Shown: positions 12,617 to 25,785 of the stretch, in pieces
Numbering within the stretch: the first letter of the stretch is position 1
Layout: each line of letters starts with the position of its first letter
Source: Camelus dromedarius
Taxonomy: Eukaryota
Assembly: GCF_036321535.1 (NCBI RefSeq)
Contig: NC_087442.1
Coordinates: 14,694,001-14,758,000 of the forward strand
Reading direction: 5' to 3'
DNA length: 64,000 nucleotides
Notes under the pieces: generated by a model
What the model was told of the DNA's origin: nothing
The model's database searches: none
What the model saw: only the letters and a program-made list of their open reading frames with translations
Program-made: the position numbers and the translations under genes

Positions 12617-12854
12617 GGACTATAATCCTATTTAGAAAGTTGACTTATAGTACATGATAAATGATAGAAAATTGAGGTAAGTTTTTTGAAGTTACGTGAT
12701 ATTTTACATTTAAAATCTTTTTTTTTTTTTACATTTTTTTCTTTTGTCAGCAATTTAAATGTTATGACTATGTAAACTACTTCTCTTGTTAGGTTATTTT
12801 TTCACCTAGACTTTTTTTTCCCAATTGAGAAAAATACATACTAAACAAAGCAGC

Positions 12855-12860
12855 AATAAA
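12855..12860 (+). terminator. PTN: PolyA signal AATAAA (probable major site)
   Basis: AATAAA at the end of the block resembling the conserved PTN 3'UTR, with T/GT-rich sequence downstream. Confidence 0.65.
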
Positions 12861-13084
12861 ATATGATCATTCTATTTGAGGAAAATATCTTGTTTTCTGC
12901 CAGTGGATTAAAAAATTTTTTTTAGTCAGCAAAATGAGGGGAGGGGGTTAGAGCATGCCCTAGTTCAATGTTAACTTTTTTTTTTAAGAAAAGTATTAAA
13001 ACATGAAATTATTTCACTTTGGCAGAAATATTTGTTTTCTTGATGAAATTATTTTTCCATCTGAGGAAAAAAAAAGAGTAGGAG

Positions 13085-13090
13085 AATAAA
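13085..13090 (+). terminator. PTN: PolyA signal AATAAA (distal candidate)
   Basis: AATAAA followed ~25 nt later by GT-rich GTGCTTTTGTGTG. Confidence 0.45.
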
Positions 13091-16000
13091 TCAAGGTGAT
13101 GCTAAAAAAGGTGCTTTTGTGTGAAGTAATTTGATATTGTAACCCTTTCCCTTTATCACCTACGCTCCCCCAGCCAACCTGTTAGCAGTAAAAGTTGATC
13201 ATATAAACTAATTAAATCACTCGTGGGCACAAATGTTACAGATTTTATACAGGTGTAGCTGTAGCTGCAGATGAAGATCTATAACTGTGAGTTTTCCAAC
13301 TTTCTATCAGTATATAACAGGTAGACTGGTGCCACTAAATTGAACAAAAGTTCCAAAGTGGTCTAGGGTTTGGTGGAATAGAAAAATGTTCTTCTCTTGA
13401 GTAGGTTTGGGCTTACATAGTTCAAATCAGTAACATCATGCAAGGTAGCTTGTACTTGGTTTCAATAAAACAAGAATTCCTACTCTTGTTATCTGCCATG
13501 TGAGTGACACAGACTATCTGTACAACTAACTCCCTTATCTGCTGGGCTGTAAGCACAGTCTTTAAGTAAATAAGTCTGTGTGTCTATTATTCAGAGAAAT
13601 AATATCTCAGAAGTCAACCGGGATTGGCCTCAAAGTATTTCTTTTGAAAAAGCCACCTCTAATTTTAAAGTGATAAGACCCAATAAACAAGCACTTATCT
13701 ACCGAGATAACTCTTAAGTCCACTTTCAGAAATTATGGTGTCAACATACCTAGGGCTAACCTTAAAATAATTACAAACTGGTCTAATGATGCGGCCAAAG
13801 TGTCTTTAAAGCTAAACTAGTTTTGCCATCTGGCTGAAGACTCTGCCTGAGCTAGGAATGTTGAGGGGGTCCCTATCTCCCCACCAAGTCAAAGCCAACT
13901 GCTAATGGGGGGATATAAACAGGGATGGACTTTTGGGCACATATACGGAACAGTCTGTGGATTGGTGCTTAATAAAAGCAGAGTACCTTGTAAAAATGCA
14001 AATGGCAAAAACATGAATGGTGATTGCAGTTCTTTCACAAGTGAACCTTAACAAGAGAAAAGTACTCACGGGGACGGATGGAGGAGATGAAAGCAGGCTT
14101 GACTGGGTTTTTTGCCAGCAACACCCTGTAAGGACAGGGTGGTGGAAAAGCCTTCAGCATATTTTGTTAGCCTCTCACCTAATATTGCTCCTCCATCATC
14201 ATTTAGCCAAAACAGCTGCCCATGAATCAGTAATGAGCTAAGGTAAACTAGAACAAAATCTCCTGAAGGGAAAAACAGTTCTGTAAATTATCATGCCCCC
14301 TTTATTCACAGGGCATGGCAGGAAGCCAGGGGTTCTCCGCTGTGTGGAGGATGATTCCTAGCAAACCATATAAATAAGTCCCTGATTCTCTGTTAAAGCA
14401 AGGGTTGGAATGCTAATCTCCACTGCGGAGGGTATGAAATTAAAGTCTCAAGAATTATTCTACCCCAGCCCCAGTTTTAAACACCTTGCAAAACCTCACG
14501 GGAGTATTGAAAATATAAATACAAAAGAACAGGCTCCAAAAATCACTGACTCTCACAAGCAGGGAGAAAGAAAAGACCATCTTCACTTTCTTCAGAGTGC
14601 CCCAGCTAACTCTCTTCCCAATCATACTGAGTTTTATGAAATTTGCCCTAGTGTTCTTTAAGCCTTGAGGAAGTCAGCTGTGTTTCCTTAAACGACCTTA
14701 GACTGAAGACAAGCTCTCCTTCCAATCATCAAAAACAATCCTTCACTGACCAGAACATGTCCTTATTCAGCTCAGTGATTGCATCCTCCGCACTTGGACT
14801 CGGGTAGACTTTCTGATTTATCCTGAACGGGTGCATACTATCACACTCTATTCCGGGAATGACATTGTAATGTCTTGTTGACTTTGCAGAAGTCCAAACA
14901 GATTTTAATGCTCTGAATAGTTAACCGTTGTGTGGGTGGAAGGATGTGGGCATAAAAAAAATCATAATTTCATTTGTGGGTCCTTGACCATAAGAAGCCT
15001 TATTTGAGGAAAGAGAAGCTACAGTCATTTTCCCACTAAGAAGACAGATACTTCTTTAGGATTAAGAGAGACACACTATTTTCCATAATGTGTAACTCTT
15101 GACTCCATACTTCTGAAAGTCTTAATTGTTTTACAACTTCTTTAAATGAAAAAACAGAGGTAAATATGCTGTAGGAGGTACTGGATGAGACAATAGAAAA
15201 TACTGTTCTTGAGTTGCTTTAAAATAGTTCCAAAACATAAACATTTGAATTTTATTAACCTTTGGTCATGGGATTTTCTAATGGAGGGAGGCAAAGGGTT
15301 TCTTCTCATTAATCTTCTCCAGAAGTAATAAGGCAGATCAACATCCTTGGCTGTGGGATATCAAAGGATTCAATCACTCCCGCCCCCTTTTTTTGGCTGG
15401 CTTCCTTTTAATTTAATTAGTTTTAACCCTTAAGTTTTAAAAAGTGGAATCAATCAGAAGGCGAGAGTGTAGGAGAATGTTCCTACACTTCTTATGTAAA
15501 CTCAAATTTTAGATTCTTCTTTGGAGTAAAACATGCTTCTCACTGTCTACAATCTTATTTCTGAGTTGCAAAAATTATCTCCATGTCTTCCCCTGTATTA
15601 CTGTTCTTCTGTACCCCCCTGTTTTATCTGGGCTGCTGCAATCAGACAGTGAGAGACACTTTTCTCTTGCATCTGAAAACCTAAGCAGCAGCGTTTTCAA
15701 TCACTTTTTAAAGAAGATAGTCTTGGGATACATTTACATAAGGAGTAAGGCGCACAGTGTTGTTCTGAGCATTCAGCAAGTAACGCCTACCTCAAAACTA
15801 TGTGGACTCTAATTCCCCTAGAAATAAAAGAAAAACATATCATGGTCTTAGAAATCCACCCCTCCCCCACTGTTTCTGTTCTTCCCAACCTTTCACTTTT
15901 CCAAATAAGACACCAAAAGGAACGTCAGTGCTCAGTCCTATTAGGGTCACAAGTAAAATCATGGAATTCAAGAATATTTCAACACAAAGGGATGCAGACC

Positions 16001-17134
16001 AACATGTATTTGTTGTTTGTTGTTTTTTTCTTTAATTTAAAAAGAAAAATGAAGAACAAATAGCTCTCAATATCAATTTCTGTGTTGTAATTTTTTTAAA
16101 GGACAAAACTTTAACCATCAAAACACTGTTTGATGCATTTATTATGTATATAGCCATTACAATTACTGTGTTAAGTTATTTGTGGTGTTGGCTAAGGAGG
16201 TTACATACCTAGATTATCGCCATGTATTTTCTTTTTTTCTTTGGAAACGTGCATGGAAGTCATACCATCTACATTGGAGAATGACAACGTGGAAAATCCT
16301 TAGATCATGTCCCTAAGGGAATGGAGGGGTGCCCTAGAGAGTATACAGATAGAGTGACTGAATCCACACACTCAACGTGGTCTTAGTGGAGATACAAATG
16401 TTACATAAAATACACTAATCACAGAGAATCAGTTTTTTCCTCTGTCTTTTGATTGTCAGATCCATCAAATACAGGACAAAGAAATCTTCAAGTATCTTAG
16501 TTTATGAGATTCTTGGAGAATTACATGAAAACCTCAGTTACTATAAGTGATCAACAGACTAAGATACATGCAATAAGTGATATAAATTTTAGACTTTTAA
16601 GTCCAAAAGTTGTATACTTTTAAGGTGGTCATAGCTAATAATTAAAATTCTTACCAATTTATTTAAAGATATGCCAGTCTACTGTCTTGTAGCAAGGAGG
16701 AAGGGGGAGTTACTAGGGATCTGTTCCAAGATGTGGTCAGGGGAGAGAGTGGGCAAGCTGTATATAACTGTTCTGATCAAGAATTTCTGAAATCTCTGAA
16801 TTCCTTCCCTCTTTATTAAGCTAAATGATATCTGGCCATCTAAGGGAGGGGCCAGCATTCGGTTTAGGTTTGTATTAATTAAATTAGTCAACTTAATCAG
16901 TCCTGGAAAATTGAATTCAGACTTTCTGGTGAATGTATCCTTATCAAGAAATTTGACCGTATCCAAAATAGGATTCTGTTCTCCTAGAAAGTGCATCTCT
17001 GAAGTCTGTTTGAACAAATGTTATTCCATGATAATTATATTGATTAATAGAGACGAATTAATCTCTAAAATTTCTTTTAATATATTTCCCCTTCCAAATT
17101 CTGATTATACATGCCACCCCACAGTCTCTGTCTA

Positions 17135-18180
17135 GTTTAAATTCATTAACTAATTTATGCTTTCCTGCATTCAGAATGTTTTATTAGGTGCTCAGCATGT
17201 TGCAGTGCTAGGGATTCAGTAAAGAACAAAGTGACCCCCCCAAAACCCCTGTTTTCATGGAATTTACACTCTTGCTGAGGACACAGATAATGAACATAAT
17301 GAATAATGTTTTGGTTACATTTCATTGCATAACAGGCCACCTTGTGGCTTAAAACAGCAATTATTTTATTATCTCATGACTCACCTGGGCTGACTGGACT
17401 CACCTGGTTGGTCCTTTTGCTCCATGAGATGGTAGCTTGAAGGGCTGGGATGTCCAGCATGGCTCACTCACATGCCTGACGTCCTAGCGGAAATAGCTGG
17501 AAAACTGGACTCAGGTGGGGCAGTGGAGGGCTAGGCCTCTCGATTTCTCTGTGTAGTCTCAAGGACTCTCTCCTCCCACGTGGCCATGTCTCTCTGTACA
17601 GAGTCTGCTCAGCAGAGTAACCATCCTTTCCACAGGACAGCACAGAGGTCTCCAAAGCAAGAAGTTGGACTCCACCACACCCTCTGCAGGCGTAAGCCTG
17701 GAACTGGCTCAGCATCTTTTCTGCCACATTCTCATGGTTAAAATGAGTCACAGGGCCAGCCTGACTGTAGAGGAGGGACCTACCACGAAGGAGTGAAGGG
17801 CTCACTGGGGCCCCTGTCTGGGGACAAAGTACACAAAAAAGTAAAATATATATTAGATGGCGGTAAGGACAATAGAGAAAAATAAAACACTGAAGGGCAA
17901 TATAATCTTAGGCAAGGGTTGCAATTTTAAGTACAATGGCCGGAGAAAGCCTCCTGGAGAAGCTGACATTCAAGCCAGCAGAAGTTTGAAGGAGATGAGG
18001 GAGCAAGTCAGGCGGGTATCGGGAGGGAGAGCATCACAGGCAGGGGGAGCAGGACGGGCAGCGGGCTCAGGAGCTCTGAGGTGGGAGCTTCCAGCGTAGC
18101 CCAGGAACAGCAGGGAGCCTGTGAATGAAGTAAGCAGAGGACGAGGGGCAAGAGATGGTCAGGGTAACGGGAAATGAGGT
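17135..18180 (-). mobile_element. L2 LINE split by an MLT1 insertion (L2 parts ~17135-17300 and ~17845-18180)
   Basis: L2 antisense tail (GTGCTAGGGATTCAGTAAAGAACAAAG...GGAATTTACACTCT) resumes after the LTR with GGAGAAAGCCTCCTGGAGAAGCTGACATT. Confidence 0.7.
17305..17815 (-). mobile_element. Old MaLR LTR (MLT1J/K/L-like) nested in L2
   Basis: TTGCATAACAGGCCACC...GTGGCTTAAAACAGCAATTATTTTATTATCTCATG...CAGCATGGCTCACTCACATG...CTTTTTCTGCCACATTCT. Confidence 0.75.
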
Positions 18181-18844
18181 CAGTACCAGTGCAGTTTGGT
18201 GCCAGAGGAATCATTTTCTCTCTCCTGTGGGAGACTCTGCTTCCTCAGTCAAGAGGGGCAGGCGGGGATGCCGGCAGGAGCTGCGGTGGTTCAGGTGTCT
18301 TCAGGTTCTCCAGATGCTCACCAGCACAACTGCTGAACAGCTCATAGCCCGATATTTCCCTCAAGATTCATGTAAGATACGTGGCAACATTCTCACTTGA
18401 CCTGATCTAATTTAACAGGCTGAATGATCAATCCATCTCTGTGTTTGGTTTTCATCTGTCTCAGTCCCATGACAGCTATAAAAAGAAATGCTTGGGGCAT
18501 GGTGACAAGCAGACTGGATTTTAGCCCATGCCTCAAAGTGAAAATGTTAACATTTGAGCTCCTAATTCCCTCAGTTTCACTTATCCAGGTTTGTTACAAA
18601 AGCCAACAGTTCCTAGAAGTTTCACCCAGTGTCCCAGGCAGCCCAGTCAATGACCTTATTTACCAGTTCCCACTATATATCATGGACTTTTAATTTCGCA
18701 TCTTAGAATTTTAATGTCAATCCCATTGCTTTTTATGACATTTTAGCTTGATAATTAATTCTACAGACACCAGTCATCTGTGGGAGTCTGTGCCCTATCC
18801 CATACCTAACAGCCGCCCCTATGCTTTTGTGCTCATTTCTGCAT

Positions 18845-19200
18845 CATTTGGTGTTCTTTGATTGCAAGCAATAGAAACTACTGTTCTTAAGCTGAAGCAT
18901 GTGTGTGTGCAAAGGAATTTCTTGAAAGGATATTGAGTAGCTCCAAGAATTGAGTGGAAGAGTCAAGGGAAGGATAGAGTATCAGTGGAGCATTAAGGTC
19001 AGTGGAACATTCACCCAAGAATTCCTCACATGACTCAGTTCCAGTCATTTTTGGTCCTTCTCTGTCCTTGTATTCTTGGGCCATTCCTCCTGGGAAAGAA
19101 ACTCTGGGTGGCCTAACTTGGGCCACATGGCGTTCCTCTTGTCAAAAGTCCATGGTCTTCGGATCAGCCGCCCATCCAGCATCATACGGAAATGAAGTAG
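18845..19200 (-). mobile_element. Old MaLR LTR (MLT1L/M/N-like)
   Basis: Starts TTCTTTGATTGCAAGCAATAGAAAC, typical of these LTRs in antisense. Confidence 0.55.
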
Positions 19201-20501
19201 AGCAATTCTTCAAAGAAAGGCACACTTGTCAGAAGTAAAAAGGAAATATTAAAAAGGAAGCATTAAAATAATGAATATTTTAAGTATTTATTTTAATGAT
19301 GTTTAGTATTAAAAATAAAGAATACTAGGAATAAGCATTGACATGGGTTGGAACCATATTGCACAGAAATTTGAATGCAAAGAAAAGGAGCTTGTTTAGG
19401 TGACAAGAGTTGTTGGTATTTTTTAGTTAAGAGACTGAAGTGAGAAAAAGTGTTTACACTTGAAGAATTTTTGTCTGTCACCTGGAAGTGGTTTTTAAGA
19501 TAAATTTGAATAGTGAAGCACTTAAGAAGGGGAGGCAATTTAGGAAGTTGTTGGAATTTTCCAACTGAGAAATAATGAAGGCCATTTGGCTCTATCAAAC
19601 ATTTTGCCTCTGGCCACCTGGTCATTTTTTCCCTCTGGATTGTTTCTTTTTCTAATCTTCTATCACTGTTGCCTTATTATTTTCTTGGTGATTCAAGGAG
19701 ATCTGACTTAGTAACACATTCTGCTTCATGCTTTGGGAGCCTGATGTCACCTAGAGCAGATGCTTCTGAGAGTGAAGCTGATTTGGAGAGCTGACCAGTT
19801 GTCATAAACTTCCTGGTTCTCTGCCTTCACTGCCCTCTGTTTCTGTTAGTGTAAATGAGGTCACCTTGCCAGGCAGACTTACTCCCAATGTGGGCTTTGT
19901 GAACCTCCTCTCCTTAGTTATTCAAGATGATCTGATCCATATTTTAATGTATATAGTACCTGCTGCCAATTCCCTGGGCTACATTTCAGCAAACATTTCA
20001 CCTTTTTTCTGGACGTCTCTGATGCTAGGCTCTGGCCAACCTGTGGCTATGTCTATACCTTCTGGATACTGAGTGCTAATTTCTGTCTGCTGGGTTGGAC
20101 TTTCCTTCTACCATCTGCAACTTTGTCTCCTCCCCCATCCCTTCCTTTCCTTCCTTTCAGTAGCTCTCATCCATGTGTGGAGGGCTCTGCTATTATATTT
20201 AAGCCCTTCTGAATCTCCCCATCTGCTTGAAGTTACTCCTTCATCTCCAGGTGTGTGCTGAGATAGGGAATTCATTTAAATGGAAAGAGAAATGGACAGA
20301 AGAGAGAGTAAAGACAACAATACAAAAGGGTGATGTAGAAATTATTTATCTTATCCACAATAATATGGATTCCCCTAGTTATCAATTACATAAGAATTCT
20401 AGAGAGAGCTAATAGACGGAGTTGTTTACCTGGAGACTGTTGGAGAACGAATGTTAGAGAAAGGGCCGGGAAACGCTAAAACCAAAATACTAATTCTAAT
20501 G

Positions 20502-21002
20502 TAGAGATTCTTAACATTTTTTATTGCATGAGCTCCTTTGGCAGCTCCTTCTGGAGAAGCCTATGGATCCCTTCACAAAATCGTGTTTTTAAATGTTTAG
20601 AATAAATTGTATTGGATTATAAATGACTCCAATTATATTGAAATGCAGTTGTTACTATACTAAGAAAATTTTTGGATGCAGAAATATTTTGCTTCACTAT
20701 TTACCCGTTAAATAAGAAGATCTAGAGTTAAGTCTAGTAACTACTGAAAGTGGTGGTAATATACATGATATTTGCAGGTATCTGTGACAACTGGAATGTG
20801 ATGAGACTGTCTATGATCTCTATTTGCGACAAAGTTCACAAATCCTGCTTATACTCTTGTGGTTTGTTGCCCACATTTGCAATGGAAGAAAATGTTAAAT
20901 TTTAGCTTGGTTAGAGATGAGTGAAAATATATGTGATTTGTTTTTCTGTTTTAGTCCTGGACCCCCAAATTAATTTCAGGCACTGGTTAGTTAAGAACCC
21001 TA
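20502..21002 (+). mobile_element. hAT-Charlie non-autonomous DNA transposon (Charlie4a/MER80-like), full length
   Basis: Degenerate TIRs TAGAGATTCTTAAC (20502-20515) and GTTAAGAACCCTA (20990-21002); 8-bp TSD TTCTAATG/TTGCAATG (6/8); ~500 bp. Confidence 0.8.
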
Positions 21003-21589
21003 TTGCAATGGAAGTCAGTCATAGGGAAGACAAGAGTGTTGTGCTGCACTCCGTGGTGGCCCCATTCACTATTTCATCAGACTGGGATCTGCCTTTCCCG
21101 CCGAACACTAGGCTGCCCTTCCTGCCAAGTCCCAAACACCCCTCTCTTTTTTCTCCTTTGTTGCTGTTATCTCCTCTGTTTGGAATGCTAGTTCTCCTTA
21201 CATCAGTGTCACCACAGTCTCCTCCCCCAATTCTTACCTAGCTTCCTTCTTACTCATTATTCTCACACTCATATGTTGCCTTATTCATTAATTCAAACAA
21301 CAGTTTTTAAGTGCTACAAAAAAACACATGTTACATCTCTGTCCTGACTAGATTTCAAAATCTGTTCCCTGCCTAACAATTCTTATATTTTTACCATCTC
21401 ATTGCTTAATACTCACTTCTAGTAATGTTTCTCATGCTCAACCTTTTTTAAATAGATAATTACAATTATATGTTATGCATATTTGCAAATATGATAATTT
21501 CTTCTGGGTGGATAATATTAATAGTAATTTTCCTTTTCTACAGATCAAATCCTATTATGGATTTGAAAATGTAGAACCCTTTGAAAGCA

Positions 21590-21780
21590 ATATTAATAAT
21601 AATAATTTAGTTTTATGAGTGCCTGCTATGTTTAAGATATTGTTCTATGTGCTTATTGTGGATTGTCTCTTTAATTCTCATAACAATTCTGAGAGATAAG
21701 AGCTATTGATAGCTTAATTTTATAAAGAAACTAAGATGCAGAGAGGTTAAATAGCTTGCCCAAGGACACAGTTTGAAGAA
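21590..21780 (-). mobile_element. MIR SINE
   Basis: AATTCTCATAACAATTCTGAGAG...GAAACTAAGATGCAGAGAGGTTAAATAGCTTGCCCAAGG. Confidence 0.85.
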
Positions 21781-22559
21781 CAGAAAGTGTATCAATAGTT
21801 GTCTTACCCACTTTTTCCACCCACCAGTATGTGAAATGAAAATTATATAAATTCAAAGTTGTATGAATATGCATCATAATATTTAGCTACATTTAAATAA
21901 TGACCACTGGACTCCATTCTGCTATTTTAATATAAATTACTGCTGGAGTTAGTAGGTTGAGTAACAGCTGTGAAAAACAAGGAGATGAATCTCCGAATGC
22001 CTTCCTGCAGGTGAAGTGTTCAAATACTGACCTTCAGTTGTACCTGGGGAGTAACGTATACATTAATGTACATTATACACTAATAGCAGCTATAAGTTTT
22101 GGGGCATTGTGTTTTCTATTGTAATTTCTCTTGTGTTGAGAGTTTGTACTTTGTTATAAACAAATTTTTGCACTCTTTTTCTAAATATGAAGGAATTGTC
22201 TTCACTTCGATAATAGGCAAAATCCTGAAATTTTGCTTACAATAAAGTAAAGACGATTGTTTTATCAGGTTAATTCAGGGATGATATATGGGGAAACAAG
22301 ATCAAGAAAAACAATCTAAAGAATTACACACATGTTATAAACATTTGCTAGATTCTTTGTGGTAGCTCTACTCTTATTTCTTTTTTTTTAAATGAATAAC
22401 AAAATGAAAATATATTAGAAAAATACTAGTAACTCCCCAATATTTTCTTGAGGTAATTAATGTTAACATTTTAATATGTATTCCTCCAAAATATTCTGTG
22501 TACATGTATATGCAAAAGCTCTGAAATATTTAGCCAGATCAGAGGGGAATAATACATTC

Positions 22560-24841
22560 TGGAGGGGACAGCCAAGTCATACTTACAGGGATTGATTCAC
22601 ATTCTAGATGTGAGTTCACCTTCTCTGCACTCTCATCACGCAAGAGCTCAGAGTTCCAGACTTACTGACAACCCTCAGAATGTGGCCTCATACAAGGGAC
22701 CCATTTTACAGGGAAAAAAAGGCATTACAATAGGCAAGTGACCACAGGATCCGCCAGTCCTAACATATACAGCGTCATCTGAAGCTGCTGGCCCTATAAA
22801 ACTTTAGAATGACTTCTTAAAAGCTCAGTAACATGTGAGCTTGGGAACAGACCTGTGGAGTTTGGGCACTGAATTCTATGACATGTAAGGTGCCAGGTTT
22901 AGCAGTGGTTCACAGATGGAGTTGGTTAATATTCACGGGGATGATGAGGCCCCCAGGTAAGGGAGACCAGGTGTTGATGCTTAAAAGCCAGCAGCCAGGA
23001 GGCTGTAATTATATTAATGACTAGCCAAGCCTGAGTGGCAGCCAATTGGGCTTTACCTTCAGGGAGTTTTGGAGATGTTTAAGGGAGTCTGGTGTTCCTA
23101 GAGGCACGATGATACGGCAACAAGGCTGATGCTGAACATCTACAACCAGGAAAAGGTAAGAACGGAGGAGCAGGAGACTGAGGGCATTTGCCCCCAAAGT
23201 AATTATGATTTCTTGTTCAGTTACTAAGTCCGAGCTAGTTTTTGTATTCAGAACCCAATTACTGAAAAGATGTCCAGGTCGTGAAAGTAGAGACTGCCAA
23301 CATTGTGGCAAGAAAACACTGTAATAATTTATACAGTTCTTCCCCAAAGGGAAATATGGACACTTACATAAGGTTAAGACTTTACACTGGGGAAAGGAGA
23401 CTAACTAGACCTTTTGAGAAGTACTGACAAAGTTTCTGACTTGGGGTTGATACTGAAAGACCCAAATCATCATCATTCGACACCCTTACCTCTGGCTTGA
23501 ATGGTTCTTAAGGAAACAAGTCAAAAATGGTGCCCTGGATAAAGTTCAGGTCACAGTGAGCCCATTCTACCCACAGACCCACAAAGTGGTCATTTTTCCA
23601 GTCCCAGAATTGGTGTATTTAGCAATAGGAATAATCCCCATGTTGGGTCATTGGCCTTGAGTAAAGGAGATCATAGGATATCTCTTATGCATCCCAATGC
23701 AGCCAATATAGTTGCTCAGAAACAGTATCTCATCTTTAAGGAAACTAGTAGAGATTAGTGACACTACTATAAAGTTAAAGGATGCAGGGGAAAGTGGTCC
23801 TGAACTTCTCTGTCTTTGACATCATGGCCCCTGAAGTAACTGATGAAATTTTGAAAAATGACTGTAGACTACATCAAGCTTAACCAAGCAGAAGTCCCAA
23901 CTGAAGCTGCTGAGTCAGACCTGGTATGATTGTTAGAGAAGACTGATGATGCCTGTGGTGTATTGTAGGCAGCCATGGATTTGGAAAATGTGTTCTTTTT
24001 GATTCCAGTTGGAAAAGAGAATTAGAAACAGTTTGCCTTTGTGGAACAGACACTTCTTTTATAGTTTTGCCTCAGGACAGTATTAACTCCCACATCCTCT
24101 GTTGTAATGCAGTCTGAAGAGATCTGAGCTACATGGACATCCAGCAAAACAGCAAACCAATCTATCCTGCAAATCGGCAGGATGAACAAGAGGTGGCTAG
24201 TATGTGGGAGACCCTGGTAAGACACTTATGCTCCGTAGAGTGGATGATAAGCCCTATGAACATTCAGGGAACTGGCACTTCAGCGATGTCTTTAGGGGTC
24301 CTTGGGTAAGGGGCTCACCGAGCTATCTAGCACTCTAAAGTAAAAGGCAAATTACTGCAGCTTGCCTCTGCCACCACAAAGGATGCACAGGGCCTGGTAG
24401 ACCTCTCTGGGTTACATCAAAGTGATTATTCTGGCCTATGTTATTCGTTCTCTCATTATAAATTAATACGAGGTGGGGGAACTGTTTATAATATGGACTT
24501 CTCGCTGTTTATACTGTACTGTCTTGTTTAGTGTTGCTAATAAACGTGCAGTTCTCAAAAGGAAGTCACATGGAGACCACACATGCCACGACCAGCCATT
24601 GCTGCTCTGGCCCATCTACCAGGTGATACCAGGACTGTCAATACTGTGTGGATCTTAATTAGGAAAGGGCTCAGCGACATGTCCAGGCTGTGGTGCAAGC
24701 AGCCCTGAAGCTTGGGTGTTGCGATTTAGCAGACCCCTTGGCATTGCCTGTGTGTCAGTGGTGGGAAAGGATGCAGTGGGCAGCTAAAGCAAACCCCGGG
24801 GAGAGAATTATAAGACAAGCCCCTGGAATTCTGAAGCAAGC
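22560..24841 (+). mobile_element. ERVL (class III ERV) internal remnant: integrase core (~22560-22880), gag C-terminus (~22895-23300), protease (~23330-23680), RT/connection (~23700-24841); no LTRs seen
   Basis: Manual translation gives VILTGIDSHS and EAAGPIKL*NDFLKAQ (IN), QVLMLKSQQPGGCNY (gag), LHWGKETN*TF (PR), MTVDYIKLNQ...AAMDLENVFFLIPV...KQFAF...IVLPQDSINS (RT from 23858) and LLWPIYQV...VQAALKLG...DLADP (connection). All match recalled HERV-L motifs, with stops and frameshifts. Confidence 0.85.
24414..24570 (+). repeat. Copy A of a ~160-bp local direct duplication, inserted in ERVL pol
   Basis: Aligns by eye with 25786-25946 at roughly 75-80% identity; interrupts pol between GLVDLSG(F) and WRPHMP. 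Confidence 0.85.
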
Positions 24842-25785
24842 AAACTCTTGCAGATTTGTACAAAATGTACATCCCCACTGGCAGAGTGTGGGAATTTCCA
24901 TTACTCCTTATTTTTATCAGTGCTTGGGGTTGTCAAATTTCTCAGTTTTCTTAAGAAATGACTTTAAACTTGACTAATTTTTATACGATTTCATACCATT
25001 TCACATGGGAAAAAAATGGAAAAAAAGCCTTATTTCCTGACATCATTGCCTGTTGTAGATGGCATTTTCTTTAATCAGGTAGACTCAGAGTAGCTGGGAT
25101 CCAAAGTTCCTTCCACTCAAAATAGTAATTTCTAAAAAATCAGGGAAAATAAATCTTAATAATATGGAAGGAAGGAAGCTTCAGGTATTTTCATGATCTT
25201 TACACTAGTTGATACTTTACAATCATTTCTTTTTCTGTACATTCCTCAAAACACATGATAGCATTCCAATTCTTGACATTAAGCCCTTAGGTAGTAAAAC
25301 TGGAAAAAAAGAAAAAGATATATAAGTAAATACATACATATGAACCTACATAACTACATAAATAAATAATAATGACAAATAAATTTAGGTAGCTGAGTTT
25401 GACACATTCAGGACCGTTGATGATTACCTTTCCAGTGCTGTTGCATTTGGCTTTGTTTATGAGATATTTAAGCCTGGAGGATGCTAGAACATCTGAGAAA
25501 AAAATGAAAATTCCATTCAAATATTAGATGGAATCATAGATGAATGATCATATTCCCTGCTTTTCCTCCCAACGTCTGTTTTTATATTTAACATCCACTT
25601 TCTGTGGCTGAGATTCTTTAACTTAGCAGGAAATTTTCTTCTCTGAAATAGTGATGCTAGTCATTCCCCTGGGCTCTGCCAAACCAGGTTTAAGGCACTC
25701 ACAGCTACGGTCTATGTGATGAATAAGGTAAGTTTAGCCTGAAGAAATAGATATGAATCTCTACATAAAAGAGAAAATTAATCCC

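Larger units (their letters stand above)
12418..12880 (+). other. PTN: PTN 3'UTR (end approximate, may extend to ~13110)
   Basis: Follows the PTN stop; AT-rich; segments such as AAAAGGACATCAGCAAACAGGATCAGTTAACTATTGCATTTATAT and GGGGCTTATAATAAAGGAC match my recall of the mammalian PTN 3'UTR. Confidence 0.85.
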
